NCBI GenBank assembly: GCA_002292165.1
Contig: DBBK01000259.1
Location: 1 to 50,083 of the forward strand
Source: Brevundimonas sp. UBA986
Lineage (GTDB): Bacteria; Pseudomonadota; Alphaproteobacteria; Caulobacterales; Caulobacteraceae
DNA length: 50,083 bases
Direction of reading: 5' to 3'
Made by a program: the position numbers and the translations under genes
The notes under the pieces: model-generated
What the model was told of the DNA's origin: nothing
Database searches by the model: none
What the model saw: only the letters and a program-made list of their open reading frames with translations
Shown: piece by piece, positions 18,199 to 28,733 of the stretch
Layout: each line of letters opens with the position of its first letter
Numbering within the stretch: position 1 is the first letter of the stretch

Positions 18199-18624
18199 TT
18201 GGCGCGGCCGACGCTCCAGCCGCGTGAGGATCGCGAAATCTTCACCGTGCCCCTGGCCATCCTGCCCGAGCACATCGACGTCAACGGCCATGTGAACAAT
18301 GTGGTCTATGTCGGCTGGCTGCAGGAAGTCGGCACCGCCCACTGGAACGCCCGGTTCGACGAGGCGGACCGCGCCAAATGGTCCTGGGTCGCCCTGCGGC
18401 ACGAGATCGATTATCTGCGCGCGCTCCAGCCCGACTCCACCGCCGTGGCCCGGACCTGGGTCGGCGATCCACAGGGGCCGCGCTTCAACCGCTATGTCCG
18501 CATCGAGGACGGCGAAGGCCGGCTGTGCGCCCAGGGCGTTTCCGAATGGTGCCTGGTCGAGGCCGCGACCCTGAGGCCGCAGCGAATTCCGGCAACGATG
18601 TTGCCCACGTTCGAGGCCCGTTAG
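18199..18624 (+). CDS. Acyl-CoA thioesterase (4HBT hotdog fold)
   Basis: HIDVNGHVNNVVY, RHEIDY; TTG start. Confidence 0.88.
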   Translation: MARPTLQPREDREIFTVPLAILPEHIDVNGHVNNVVYVGWLQEVGTAHWNARFDEADRAKWSWVALRHEIDYLRALQPDSTAVARTWVGDPQGPRFNRYVRIEDGEGRLCAQGVSEWCLVEAATLRPQRIPATMLPTFEAR

Positions 18625-18691
18625 ACAAAACTTGTCGCGCAAGGCGGGATCAGCGCTTGTCCGCGCGAGATCCTGACGTAATGGTCCCGCC

Positions 18692-19825
18692 GTGTTCCAT
18701 ATCCCCGCCTCCCCTCGCCCCATCAACCGCGTCGTCATCAAGATCGGCTCGTCGCTGGTCGTCGATGCGAAGACGCGCGCCCCGGCGGCGGCCTGGCTGA
18801 AGGCCCTGGCCGAAGACATCGCCGACTGGCGCCGGCACGGGCGCGAGGTGATCGTGGTCTCCTCCGGCGCGGTCGCGCTCGGGCGGGGCCGTTTCGGTCT
18901 GGAGAAGAACGCCCGGCTGGACGAGAAACAGGCCGCCGCCGCCGTCGGCCAACCCCTGCTGATGCAGGCCTGGGAGGCGGCGCTCAGCGAACAGGCGCTG
19001 GTCCCCGCCCAGGTTCTGCTGACCCGCGAGGATACCGAACGCCGCCGCCGCTGGCTGAACGGTCGCGCGACGTTGGAGGCCCTGCTCAAACTGGGCGCCG
19101 TACCGGTGGTCAATGAGAACGACACGGTCGCCACCGAGGAGATCCGCTATGGCGACAACGACCGGCTGGCGGCGCGGACGGCCCAGCTGGCGCGCGCGGA
19201 CCTGCTGATCCTGCTGTCCGACGTCGACGGCCTCTACACCGCCGATCCGAGGAAGAACCCGGACGCGGAACACCTGGCCGTCGTCGAGGCCCTGACACCC
19301 GAAATTCTCTCGGCGGCGGGCGGCGCCAATACCGAGGCTGACGTCGGCACCGGCGGGATGGCCACCAAGCTGGAAGCGGCGCGTATCGCCCGATCGGCGG
19401 GGTGCGTGACCCTGATCGTATCCGGACTGGAGCCGCATCCGCTGAGGGCGCTGGACGCGGGCGCGCGCCATACGATGATCACGGCGCCGGCGACGCCCAT
19501 CGCGGCCTACAAGTCGTGGATCGCGGGCAGTCTGGAGCCGGCGGGGTCGCTGGTCGTGGACGACGGCGCCGCGACGGCTCTGGCGGGCGGACGCAGCCTG
19601 CTGGCCTCGGGCGTCAAGCGGGTCGAGGGCCGGTTCGACCGGGGCGACTGCGTGCGCATCGTCCGGATGGAAGGCGGGTCGCTGGGCGTGGGCCTGGCCG
19701 CCTACGCCGCTGACGAGATGGAGAAGATCCGAGGCCGGCACTCCGGCGAAATCGAGGGGCTGGTGGGCTATAAGGGGCCCGGCGTCGCCATCCACCGCGA
19801 CGATCTGGTGCTGGACCCCGCATGA
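18692..19825 (+). CDS. proB: Glutamate 5-kinase
   Basis: [35 protein letters not shown]; PUA domain. Confidence 0.97.
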   Translation: MFHIPASPRPINRVVIKIGSSLVVDAKTRAPAAAWLKALAEDIADWRRHGREVIVVSSGAVALGRGRFGLEKNARLDEKQAAAAVGQPLLMQAWEAALSEQALVPAQVLLTREDTERRRRWLNGRATLEALLKLGAVPVVNENDTVATEEIRYGDNDRLAARTAQLARADLLILLSDVDGLYTADPRKNPDAEHLAVVEALTPEILSAAGGANTEADVGTGGMATKLEAARIARSAGCVTLIVSGLEPHPLRALDAGARHTMITAPATPIAAYKSWIAGSLEPAGSLVVDDGAATALAGGRSLLASGVKRVEGRFDRGDCVRIVRMEGGSLGVGLAAYAADEMEKIRGRHSGEIEGLVGYKGPGVAIHRDDLVLDPA

Positions 19826-21111
19826 CCGCGCAAGCCGTAGCCTCGCAGACGGAAGACGTCGCCGCCCTGATGGCCGGGATGGGCCGCCGTGCGCGCGCCG
19901 CCGCCGACGCCGTGCGTCTGGCCGGGCCGGAAGTCAGAAGCGCGGCGCTCAGCGCCATCGCGAGCGCGATCCGCGACGGGGCCGAGGCCATCCTCGCCGC
20001 CAATGTCCGTGACATCACTCGCGCCCGCGCCAACGGCCTCAGCGAAGCCCTGATCGACCGGCTGGCCCTGACGCCCGCCCGCGTGGCTGCCATCGCCGGG
20101 GCCGTGGACGAGATCGCCGCCTTCCCCGATCCTCTGGGCGTCGAGACCGAACGCTGGACCCGGCCGAACGGGCTGGACATCGCCCGCGTCCGCACCCCGC
20201 TGGGCGTGCTGGCCATCATCTATGAGAGCCGGCCCAACGTCACAGCCGACGCCGCCGCCCTGTGCATCCGCTCGGGCAATGTCGCCATCCTGCGCTGCGG
20301 CTCGGACTGTCTGGACAGTTCGCTGGCCATCCATGCGGCGGTGGTCGAGGGGCTGGTCGCCGCGGGCCTGCCCGCCGATGCGGTCCAGCTGGTGCCCACG
20401 CCCGACCGCGCCGCCGTCGGCGCCTTGCTGACCGGGCTGGACGGCAATGTCGATCTGCTGATCCCGCGCGGCGGCAAGAGCCTGGTCGCCCGGGTCCAGT
20501 CCGAGGCGCGGGTGCCGGTGCTCGGCCATCTGGAGGGGCTGAACCACACCTATCTGCACGCCGCCGCCGATCTGGAGATGGCGCGCGACATCGTCGTGAA
20601 CGCCAAGATGCGCCGTGTCTCCGTGTGCGGATCGACCGAGACCCTGCTGGTCGACGCCGAGGCGGCGGGACGCCTCCTGTCCCCGGTCGCGGAGGCCCTG
20701 ATCGCCGCCGGTTGCGAACTGCGCGGCGACGCCCGGGCCCAGGCGCTGGTCCCCGCGATGATCCCCGCCGCCGAGGCCGACTGGACCACCGAATATCTGG
20801 CGCCGATCCTCGCCGTCCGGATCGTCGACGGGCTGGACGCCGCTGTGGACCATATCCGCACTCACGGCTCGGGCCACACCGAAGCGATCATCACAGACGA
20901 TGCGGAAGCCGCCGCCGCCTTCCTCAACGCCGTCGACAGCGCCATCGTGCTGTGGAACGCCTCGACCCAGTTCGCCGACGGCGGGGAGTTCGGCTTCGGC
21001 GGGGAGATCGGCATCTCGACCTCGCGCCTGCATGCGCGCGGGCCCGTCGGGGCGGAGCAGCTGACCAGCTACAAATACGTCGTGCGCGGAACCGGCCAGA
21101 TCAGACCGTGA
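19822..21111 (+). CDS. proA: Gamma-glutamyl phosphate reductase
   Basis: [21 protein letters not shown] catalytic Cys, [27 protein letters not shown]; ATGA overlap with proB. Confidence 0.97.
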   Translation: MTAQAVASQTEDVAALMAGMGRRARAAADAVRLAGPEVRSAALSAIASAIRDGAEAILAANVRDITRARANGLSEALIDRLALTPARVAAIAGAVDEIAAFPDPLGVETERWTRPNGLDIARVRTPLGVLAIIYESRPNVTADAAALCIRSGNVAILRCGSDCLDSSLAIHAAVVEGLVAAGLPADAVQLVPTPDRAAVGALLTGLDGNVDLLIPRGGKSLVARVQSEARVPVLGHLEGLNHTYLHAAADLEMARDIVVNAKMRRVSVCGSTETLLVDAEAAGRLLSPVAEALIAAGCELRGDARAQALVPAMIPAAEADWTTEYLAPILAVRIVDGLDAAVDHIRTHGSGHTEAIITDDAEAAAAFLNAVDSAIVLWNASTQFADGGEFGFGGEIGISTSRLHARGPVGAEQLTSYKYVVRGTGQIRP

Positions 21112-21161
21112 TCCGGCCCTGAAGCCTTCACAGCAGGCGCGTCAGGGTCTAGGCCCGGCGC

Positions 21162-22130
21162 ATGTCCTCCCCTGCCTCGCCGACAGCGCCAGAGACAGCG
21201 CCCGCGACCTCCCGCGCCTTCGCCCTGATCGTCCTGATGCTGGCGGCGGCGGTGCTGGGTCTCGCGCCGGTGCTGGTGCGGCTGACCGAGACGGGTCCGG
21301 CGACGGCGGGCTTCTGGCGGCTGCTGTTCGCCCTGCCCCTGCTCTTGGCCTTCGTGGGGCGGCCCGCGTCACTGGGCGGCGCGGGCATCGGCCGGCCCGG
21401 CAAGTGGATGGCTCTGGCCGGGATGTTCTTCGCCCTGGACATGAGCTTCTGGCACTACGGCCTGCACCTGACCTCTGTCGCCAACGCTACGGTGCTGTGC
21501 AATCTGACGCCCGTGGTCGTGACCCTGTTCGCCTGGGTCGTGTTGAGACAAAGGCCGAAAAGCCTGTTCCTCGTGGCGCTTGTGCTGTCGATGGTCGGGG
21601 CGGCGGCCATGGCGCTGGGGGCCAATCACTCGGGCGGGGCCGACCGGTCCCTGCTGGGCGACGCCCTCTCGCTGTCGGTGACGGTCTGGTACGCCAGCTA
21701 CTTCCTGACCATCCAGGCGGCGCGCAAGACCGCCTCGGCCCAGAGGGTCATGCTGTGGTCCACCGCCGTCGGCGCCCCCATCATGCTGCTGGTGGCCCTG
21801 ATCATGGGTGAGCAGATCATCCCGACGGGCCCCGCGGGCTGGGCCGCCTGCATCGGTCTGGGCCTCGTCCATGTCACGGGTCAGGGCGGGGTCGCCTGGG
21901 CGCTGGGCAAGCTGCCGGCCACCATCACCGCCGTCACCATCCTGGTCCAGCCGGTCGTGGCGGGCCTGGTCAGCTGGTGGGTGTTCGGCGAGACCCTGAC
22001 GCCGGTTCAGGCCCTGGGCGGCGCACTGGTTCTGGCCGCCATCGTCCTGGCCCAGTGGTCAACGCGAAAAGTCGACGCCCAAACGAAAACGGGCGTGGGG
22101 TCCGAAGATCCCACGCCCGTCAATCTCTAA
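21162..22130 (+). CDS. EamA/DMT family transporter
   Basis: About 10 TM helices; TSVANATVL and ILVQPVVA motifs. Confidence 0.9.
   Translation: MSSPASPTAPETAPATSRAFALIVLMLAAAVLGLAPVLVRLTETGPATAGFWRLLFALPLLLAFVGRPASLGGAGIGRPGKWMALAGMFFALDMSFWHYGLHLTSVANATVLCNLTPVVVTLFAWVVLRQRPKSLFLVALVLSMVGAAAMALGANHSGGADRSLLGDALSLSVTVWYASYFLTIQAARKTASAQRVMLWSTAVGAPIMLLVALIMGEQIIPTGPAGWAACIGLGLVHVTGQGGVAWALGKLPATITAVTILVQPVVAGLVSWWVFGETLTPVQALGGALVLAAIVLAQWSTRKVDAQTKTGVGSEDPTPVNL
22086..22120 (-). terminator. Terminator of the cold-shock gene, lying inside the 3' end of the convergent EamA CDS
   Basis: AAAACGGGCGTGGG-gtc-cgaa-gat-CCCACGCCCGT. Confidence 0.7.
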
Positions 22131-22158
22131 AGTCCCCCTCCTTTGGGAGGGAGCCGGA

Positions 22159-22362
22159 TCAGAGAAGCTTCAGGTTGACCGCCGAGGTCTTGCCGCGCTG
22201 GGATTCCAGCTCGTATTCGACCTTCGCGTTTTCATCCAGGCCAGCGAGGCCCGCCTTCTGAACGGCGGTGATGTGCACGAACACATCGGCGCCGCCGCTT
22301 TCCGGCTGGATGAAGCCATAGCCTTTCGTGGGGTTGAACCACTTGACCGTACCGGTCGCCAT
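22159..22362 (-). CDS. Cold-shock protein (CspA family)
   Basis: [16 protein letters not shown] (RNP1), VFVH (RNP2); GGAG RBS. Confidence 0.97.
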   Translation of the reverse strand: MATGTVKWFNPTKGYGFIQPESGGADVFVHITAVQKAGLAGLDENAKVEYELESQRGKTSAVNLKLL

Positions 22363-22567
22363 ATCTGCGCTCTCCATAAACGCGCTTTCCAGGCAGGCCC
22401 TCACATGGAGAGGCCTGTCAGTCCATCTGGACGGCTCGTTCAGGCGAAGGAGCGAAACATGGGTTTGGACCCCACGCACAAAATCCGGACTGCGGAGACG
22501 TTCTCTCGCGTCTATCCACAACGGTCAACCGGTTTCGATTCGCGTGGAAAGTGAGGTCTGGCCGCGC

Positions 22568-23389
22568 TCAGGGAGCCATCGGCGTCTGCAGCGCCCGGGC
22601 CCCGGCCTGAGTCCGGGGCGACGGTCCCGTGGCGCAGAGGCTGCGCGGCGCCCCGTCCAGATGCAAATGGTTCGCGTGCTCCTTGTTGTAGTCCGGCGTC
22701 AAAACCGTCGAGAAAACGCGACACGCGCCGTCCCTGAGGCGCTTCAGGAAGACCGAGCCCTGAGGTCCCGCCGGCCCTGTTCCATTCCAGTCGTCCAGCA
22801 CCGAGATCTTGCGCCCATCGGCGAGCGTCACCCCGCCGACGTCCAGGGCATTGGCACGGGCGTGCTCGCTGGGCCGGTCGTTGACCTGGCTCGAGCCATA
22901 GATGCGGCGGCAGGAGTAGGTTCCAAAATCGTCGACGGATTTCACTGACGAACCAAAGACTTCGCGTGCGGTCGGCTGGAGAATCTGGCGATCCCAGATG
23001 ACGTAGCGCACCGCCAGGGGGCATTGCATGATGACGTCGCTGGGCGCCAGTGGCGTCACCGCCCCGCCGGTGATCCTGACCGCCCCCTGCACCCGGCAGA
23101 AGCCGCCGTCGTCGCGGTCCGGGACCCGTTCGACCTCAACCCCGGCCGCGCGCAGGGTCTGGATGCAGGCCTCGGTCGCCCCCTGGACCTGTTCGGCGGG
23201 AGCGGCGAAGGGGAGTTCGAAATCCGCCACCTTGGCGCTGGTCGCCTGACCGACCGGGTGGTTCAGGTCCAGCGGCTTCCACGGCAGGTCCTGGGGCGGG
23301 ACGAAGGCGTTCATGAGAGCGAAGCCGGCACAGGCCGCCAGCCCCAGCTCCCACAACAAATTCCAGAAATCGGCGAAGTCGCGCTTCAT
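22568..23389 (-). CDS. Extensin-like family protein (peptidase M15-like fold)
   Basis: GTYSCR, SEHARANALD, LTPDYN..HANHLHLD, conserved Cys. Confidence 0.85.
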   Translation of the reverse strand: MKRDFADFWNLLWELGLAACAGFALMNAFVPPQDLPWKPLDLNHPVGQATSAKVADFELPFAAPAEQVQGATEACIQTLRAAGVEVERVPDRDDGGFCRVQGAVRITGGAVTPLAPSDVIMQCPLAVRYVIWDRQILQPTAREVFGSSVKSVDDFGTYSCRRIYGSSQVNDRPSEHARANALDVGGVTLADGRKISVLDDWNGTGPAGPQGSVFLKRLRDGACRVFSTVLTPDYNKEHANHLHLDGAPRSLCATGPSPRTQAGARALQTPMAP

Positions 23390-23463
23390 GCCGCCCTAAC
23401 ATTGACCGTCGTTCGTCGTACGGCAACGCTCGGAACGCGGTCCGGTGGCGCCGCCGTTAATCT

Positions 23464-24615
23464 TTATGCCGCGCGCTCGCGGATCAGGCGCTGGATCAGG
23501 GGGACGGCGGTCGAGCGGCCCTGAATGCCGCCGTTGGAAAGAACGATGAAACCCAGCCCCTTGGCCGGAGAGGCCACGGCGATGGCGTGCCACAGGGTGT
23601 TGGAGCCTTCGTGAGCGATGGTGACCGTGTCCCCGGCCCAGGTCTCCGGTCGGGCGATCCAGCCCATGGCATAGGTGTCGCCCGGAAGCGGCGTGGTCAG
23701 GACCCCGATGCGCTCGGGCCGCAGCCAGCCCTCGGGCGCCCCGCCAATCATGGCGCGGATCCAGGTCGCATAGTCGGCCAGCGTCATATGGGCCGTCGCC
23801 GCCGGGCCGTAGAGGGCGGGATTGTCGGCGACACCGGCGGGATCCATCGGCGTCTTCGTCCCATCGGGCGTCACGCGGTGCCCCCAGGCGTTGGCGCCGC
23901 CCTTTGCATTGGTCGCGGGCGCGCCGAAGCCGGCGGTGGCGAGGCCGAGCGGCTGGAAGATCTCCGAGCCCATCATCTCTTCCCATGGCTTGCCGCTGAT
24001 CCGCTCGATGGCGGCGCCGACCAGCACATAGTTGATGTTGGCATAGGCGAAGGCGCCCCTGGTCCCCATGGGCGGGCGCGACAGGGCGCTATCCACCACC
24101 GCGGCGCGCTGTTCCATGACCGGGCGAGGATCGGCGCGGGCCACATTGGGTGAGGCCATCGCCGCATCGGTCAGCCCGGCCTTGTGCCGCATCAGGTCGT
24201 CGAGGGTGACGTCGGCGAAGGCGGTATCGAGCGTGGCGCCCGGGAAGACCTCGGACAGGGGCATGGCCCATTTCGCGCGGCCCTGATCCACCAGCCGGGC
24301 GAAGACGGCGGCGGTCATGGCCTTGGTGTTCGATCCCAGGTGCCAGCGATCGTCCAGGGTCGCCTTGTCCGTCCCGCCCGTCTGACGCACCCCGCGCACG
24401 CCCGACCATTCCAGCCCCTCACGCGTCACGATGCCGGCGGCGATGGCCGGTGGGCCTCCCACCAGGGCGGCGGCCATGTCCAGCGCGGCGTCCGGCCCCG
24501 TCGCGGCCGAGCCAGCGGGCCGGATTCTCAGGTCCTGGGCGAAGGCCGGATTGGCGGCCATGCCGGAGACGGCGAGCGCTCCGGTCATCAGGGCGCGACG
24601 GTCGATCGGGATCAT
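23464..24615 (-). CDS. Serine hydrolase, beta-lactamase family, Tat-exported
   Basis: DRRALM Tat signal; SNTK (SxxK), YAN, HEGS. Confidence 0.88.
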   Translation of the reverse strand: MIPIDRRALMTGALAVSGMAANPAFAQDLRIRPAGSAATGPDAALDMAAALVGGPPAIAAGIVTREGLEWSGVRGVRQTGGTDKATLDDRWHLGSNTKAMTAAVFARLVDQGRAKWAMPLSEVFPGATLDTAFADVTLDDLMRHKAGLTDAAMASPNVARADPRPVMEQRAAVVDSALSRPPMGTRGAFAYANINYVLVGAAIERISGKPWEEMMGSEIFQPLGLATAGFGAPATNAKGGANAWGHRVTPDGTKTPMDPAGVADNPALYGPAATAHMTLADYATWIRAMIGGAPEGWLRPERIGVLTTPLPGDTYAMGWIARPETWAGDTVTIAHEGSNTLWHAIAVASPAKGLGFIVLSNGGIQGRSTAVPLIQRLIRERAA

Positions 24616-24712
24616 GCTCGGTCTCCGGTGACGTTTGGACAGACTGAAGCAGAACCACGACAGACGCGCGACCCCGCTTGCGGTCGCAGACACACCGGCC
24701 CACTCTCACCGG

Positions 24713-25459
24713 ATGAGCAAGAAGAACGACTATGAGCGCGAGCTCGAAAAGCTTCAGATCGAGTTCGTCGACACCCAGGCCTGGGCCATCGAGAAGGGGC
24801 TCAAGATCCTGATCGTCTTCGAGGGCCGCGACAGCGCCGGCAAGGACGGAGCGATCAAGCGGATCACCGAATACGCCTCGCCGCGCCAGACCCGCGTCGT
24901 CGCCCTGCCCAAGCCGACCGAGCGCGAGACCGGCCAGTGGTATTTCCAGCGTTATGTCTCGCACCTGCCGGGCGCGGGCGAGATCGTGATCCTCAATCGC
25001 TCCTGGTACAATCGCGGCGGGGTCGAGCCGGTGATGGGTTTTTGCACCCCGGAACAGTACACCCGCTTCCTGAAGGACGCGCCGCGCTTCGAGCGGCTGC
25101 TGGCCGACGCCGACACCCTGATCATCAAGCTTTGGCTCGATATCTCGAAGGAAGAACAGGCCAAACGGCTGGAGGAGCGGATCGAGGATCCGCTGAAGAA
25201 GTTCAAGGTCTCCTCGCTGGACGGCGAGGCCCAGGCCCGCTGGGACGCCTACAGCGCCGCGCGCGACCGGATGCTGGAGGAGACCCACTCCGGCCACGCG
25301 CCCTGGACGGTCATCGCCACCGACGACAAGAAGACGGCCCGGATCAACATCCTGCGCCACATCCTTCAGCGCATCGACCGGCCGGGCTCCAAGGCCCACA
25401 AGCCCGATCCCGACGTCGTCTTCGCCGCCGACAAATGCCGCGATCGGCTGGCGAGATAA
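24713..25459 (+). CDS. ppk2: Polyphosphate kinase 2
   Basis: FEGRDSAGKDG, WYFQRY, NRSWYNR, EPVMGFC. Confidence 0.95.
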   Translation: MSKKNDYERELEKLQIEFVDTQAWAIEKGLKILIVFEGRDSAGKDGAIKRITEYASPRQTRVVALPKPTERETGQWYFQRYVSHLPGAGEIVILNRSWYNRGGVEPVMGFCTPEQYTRFLKDAPRFERLLADADTLIIKLWLDISKEEQAKRLEERIEDPLKKFKVSSLDGEAQARWDAYSAARDRMLEETHSGHAPWTVIATDDKKTARINILRHILQRIDRPGSKAHKPDPDVVFAADKCRDRLAR

Positions 25460-26323
25460 TCAGCTCATCCCGGGCAGGCCGGCGAAGGTGTCGCAGGACG
25501 ACGGATCGCCGCTCTCATAGCCGCGCCTCAGCCACTGGACCCGCTGGGCCGAGGAGCCGTGGGTGAAGCTGTCGGGTGCGACCTCGCGGCCGGAGCGGCG
25601 TTGCAGGGTGTCGTCGCCGATGGCGCTGGCCGTCTTCAGACCCTCTTCCAGATCGGCGCCGTCGACGGCGACCTGACCGTTGGAGGCGCCGGCGGCGTTC
25701 TTGGCCCAGACCCCGGCATAGCAGTCGGCCTGAAGCTCCAGGGCCACCGAATAGCGGTTGGCCGCGGCCCCGCCGCCGGCGCGCTGCTCCTGGGCCTGGA
25801 CCTTGTCGGAAGTGCCCACCAGATTCTGGACGTGGTGGCCGTATTCGTGGGCCAGGACATAGGCGCGGGCGAACTCGGCGCCCGAGGCGCCCAGTTGGGT
25901 CTCCATCTCCTGCCAGAAGCCGAGGTCCAGATAGACCTTGTTGTCGGCCGGACAGTAGAAGGGCCCCATCGCCGACTGGCCCATGCCGCAGCCGGTCGGG
26001 GTGCCCTGTTCGTAGAGGACCACGGTCGGGGAGTCGTAGCCGCGAATGCGCGACTTCCAGACGTCATCGATATTGGTCCCGATCACGTCGACGAAGCGGC
26101 CCGCCTGGTCGCTGGGCGTGCCCACCTGACCCTGCTGCTCGGCCTGACCGCCCGCGCCGAGCGCGCCCGCGACCTGCTGGGTCGTGGAGGGGTCGATGCC
26201 GAAGACGAAATAGCCGATCAGCCCAAGGATCGCGACGCCGATGCCGCCGCCGGTCAGGGCGCCGCCCCCCATGCCGCGCCGGTCCTCGACGTTGCCGCCT
26301 TCACGTCCGCCTTGCCACCGCAT
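25460..26323 (-). CDS. Neutral zinc metallopeptidase, YpfJ family
   Basis: NVEDRRG, GPFYCPAD, AHEYGHHVQ, ELQADC, FTHGSSAQR. Confidence 0.92.
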   Translation of the reverse strand: MRWQGGREGGNVEDRRGMGGGALTGGGIGVAILGLIGYFVFGIDPSTTQQVAGALGAGGQAEQQGQVGTPSDQAGRFVDVIGTNIDDVWKSRIRGYDSPTVVLYEQGTPTGCGMGQSAMGPFYCPADNKVYLDLGFWQEMETQLGASGAEFARAYVLAHEYGHHVQNLVGTSDKVQAQEQRAGGGAAANRYSVALELQADCYAGVWAKNAAGASNGQVAVDGADLEEGLKTASAIGDDTLQRRSGREVAPDSFTHGSSAQRVQWLRRGYESGDPSSCDTFAGLPGMS

Positions 26324-26396
26324 CGTCGATCCCTTCCGAAGCTCCGGTCACGCTAGCGCCGACCGCCGCGCGAGAAAAGCGCCGGGATCGAACGCC

Positions 26397-26783
26397 CTAA
26401 TGCGGTTGGCGATCCAGCCAGCTGTCGATCTGGCCCACGCCCTGCGTGATCGCCTGTCGTCGGGCGGTCGCCGCCTCGCGCGCGGCGCGTTCCTGTTCAG
26501 GCGACCTCAGGGCGGGGACGGGATTGTCCGGCGTCGGCGAGGGCGTTCGGCGCGCCTGTAGCTCCATCAGGGTCAGTCGGGTCTGCAGCTGCTGTTGCCG
26601 GGCCAAAGCCTCGGCGGCCTCGGCCTGCTGACGCTGGCGTTCAATGGCGTAGCGCTGGGTCTCCAGACCCGACACCCCGGGCGTCCCGATCGGAGCCCAC
26701 GGCCGCACCTGCGCCCCGGCGGACGACACCGACAGGGCCAGAACAGTCGAGGCGAGAAGAAGGGTCTTCATGGCCTTGAACAT
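26397..26783 (-). CDS. Hypothetical secreted protein, Q/R-rich helical
   Basis: Signal peptide MKTLLLASTVLALSVSSAGAQ; host-like codon usage. Confidence 0.7.
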   Translation of the reverse strand: MFKAMKTLLLASTVLALSVSSAGAQVRPWAPIGTPGVSGLETQRYAIERQRQQAEAAEALARQQQLQTRLTLMELQARRTPSPTPDNPVPALRSPEQERAAREAATARRQAITQGVGQIDSWLDRQPH

Positions 26784-26880
26784 GGGCGTGTTTCCATCCG
26801 TCACCAAGCGTGACCGGAACGCCCGGGCCGCGAGAGGGTTACGGTCAGCGACAAACGACCACGCGTTTTCGAGGACTCCC

Positions 26881-27069
26881 ATGACCGCCATGACCCCTTC
26901 CGACCCCGGTTACGGCCGCGATCAGGCGCTGGAGAAGGCGCGCGGGACCGGCCGCCCCGCCGACGCCGACCTGGACCCGCACAAGCTGGACGTCGACCCC
27001 AATCCGGAGCGCCATATCCACTTCTCGCCGGATCTGACCGACGAGGACGGAGCTTCCACCGGCGTCTGA
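26881..27069 (+). CDS. Small hypothetical protein (62 aa)
   Basis: GAGGA RBS before ATG 26881; host-like codon bias. Confidence 0.55.
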   Translation: MTAMTPSDPGYGRDQALEKARGTGRPADADLDPHKLDVDPNPERHIHFSPDLTDEDGASTGV

Positions 27070-27260
27070 GCTTCATCTTTCGGCAAGACCTGGGGCCGGT
27101 TTCGGGCGAAGACGGGCGCCCGATGTTTCATCGATGAAACATCTCAATCTTTTCAATAATTTCGCCGCATTCGCGGACGGATTTTTGCATGTCTCCGGAG
27201 CGCCGGGACGGGGCCTGAGAGGGTTTCGGGACACCGGCGTTTCCTCTCAAGGAGCCGAGG

Positions 27261-28031
27261 ATGCAGATATCTTCATCGTCTGCGGCGAGTTCGAGCATGG
27301 CCCTCCAGGCCCTGCGCGACCTGTTCCAGACGAGTTCCACCGGGTCGACCGGGCAAACCTTGCCCGGCTTCGCCTCGGAAGGCGGCGGAAGTTCCCCGCC
27401 GTCTGGCCCGCCTCCGGGCCCTCCCCCCGCCTCGATGAACGGCGGAGGTTTCAGCGCTGACACAATGTCCGCCCTGCTGGGCAGCCAGGAGAGCTCCGGC
27501 TCTTCCAGCTCCAGCTTCTCATCCCAGGTCATCGACGCCGCCGACACCAACGGCGACGGCACGGTGAGTCTGGAAGAGCTGGCGGCCTCGCTCAGCGCCG
27601 ATTCCTCGAGCCTGACCGACGCCTTCAACGCGGTGGATACGAACGGCGACGGCCAGATCACCTCGACCGAACTGGACGCCGGCTTCAAGGCCAAGGGGCC
27701 GCCGCATGGCCCGCCTCCCGGACCGCCCCCCGGTCAATCCGCCTCGGCCTCTGACACGGCTTCCAGCCTGCTGTCCGCCGCCGATACGGACGACACCGGA
27801 TCGCTGAGCCTGAGCGAGATCAACTCGCTTCTGGGCAAGGACAGCAGCGACACCAGCCTGACCAGCGCCTTCTCGTCTCTCGACACGAACGGCGACGGCT
27901 CCCTGGCTTCAGACGAACTGACGGCGGGGATCAAGGCCCTGTTCGAGAAGCAGTTGGCGGCCTATGCGGCCAACGCCAACTCGGCGACCGACAGCGCCAC
28001 CAGCACGACCTCGGTCTCGCTCGCCGCCTGA
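27261..28031 (+). CDS. Ser/Pro-rich multi-EF-hand calcium-binding protein
   Basis: Four loops DTNGDGTVSLEE, DTNGDGQITSTE, DTDDTGSLSLSE, DTNGDGSLASDE; AAGGAG RBS. Confidence 0.88.
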   Translation: MQISSSSAASSSMALQALRDLFQTSSTGSTGQTLPGFASEGGGSSPPSGPPPGPPPASMNGGGFSADTMSALLGSQESSGSSSSSFSSQVIDAADTNGDGTVSLEELAASLSADSSSLTDAFNAVDTNGDGQITSTELDAGFKAKGPPHGPPPGPPPGQSASASDTASSLLSAADTDDTGSLSLSEINSLLGKDSSDTSLTSAFSSLDTNGDGSLASDELTAGIKALFEKQLAAYAANANSATDSATSTTSVSLAA

Positions 28032-28079
28032 TGAGTTTCGGCCGCGCCTCGAACGGGCGCGGCCGTTCATCGCCTCACT

Positions 28080-28733
28080 TCAAGGCATGGCCCAGACGCT
28101 TGAGCGTTTGATCTCGAAATCCTCGAGCTCGCGCGTCGTCGGCACCCGGTATTCGGCCAGAAACTCCAGCCCTTCTTTCGGGAAATAGGTCCGGTGCGGA
28201 TCGCCGATCAGGACGCGCGTCCCGTTGGCCCGAGCCTTCGAGAGCCAGGCCAGCACGCTCTCGGTCATCGGCTTTTCGTAGCAGACGTCGCCGGCGCAGA
28301 TGACGTCGACCTGCGGGGGTGGTGCGTCCAACAGATCGACATCGGTGAAGTTCAGGGCGACCCCGTTCGCCTGGGCGTTCAGCCTCACCGCCGCGCCGCA
28401 GAAAGGATCGATGTCGGCGCACAGGACCTCGGTCGCCCCCGCCTGCATCGCCGCCACACCCACCAGCCCCGAGCCGGTCGCGAAGTCCACGACCCGTTTG
28501 CCCGCGACCTCGGCCGGGTTGTCGAGGATCCAGCGCGCCAACCCCTGCCCGCCCGACCAGGCGAAGGCCCAGAACGGCGGCGGCAGGCCGATCTCGCCCA
28601 GCTCCTCCTCGGTCATGCGCCAGATCGGGGTGATCTCGTCGGCCAGCCAGAGCGAAATCTCCGGCGTATGCGGCACGGGCTGCAGCCGGGTGTTGGCCAG
28701 GATGAAGGCCTCGGGATCAGTGATACGGGTCAA
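28080..28733 (-). CDS. Class I SAM-dependent methyltransferase (protein-lysine methyltransferase-like)
   Basis: PPPFWAFAWSGG, VDFATGSG, GDVCYE, GDPHR; TTG start overlaps the upstream stop. Confidence 0.88.
   Translation of the reverse strand: MTRITDPEAFILANTRLQPVPHTPEISLWLADEITPIWRMTEEELGEIGLPPPFWAFAWSGGQGLARWILDNPAEVAGKRVVDFATGSGLVGVAAMQAGATEVLCADIDPFCGAAVRLNAQANGVALNFTDVDLLDAPPPQVDVICAGDVCYEKPMTESVLAWLSKARANGTRVLIGDPHRTYFPKEGLEFLAEYRVPTTRELEDFEIKRSSVWAMP

Noticed and set aside
23464-24615. Serine hydrolases (also 38265-39467) and the MBL-fold protein (43638-44564) as true beta-lactam resistance genes
   Set aside because: Motifs fit the broad esterase/peptidase and MPH/lactonase-like families; sequence alone does not support beta-lactamase activity.
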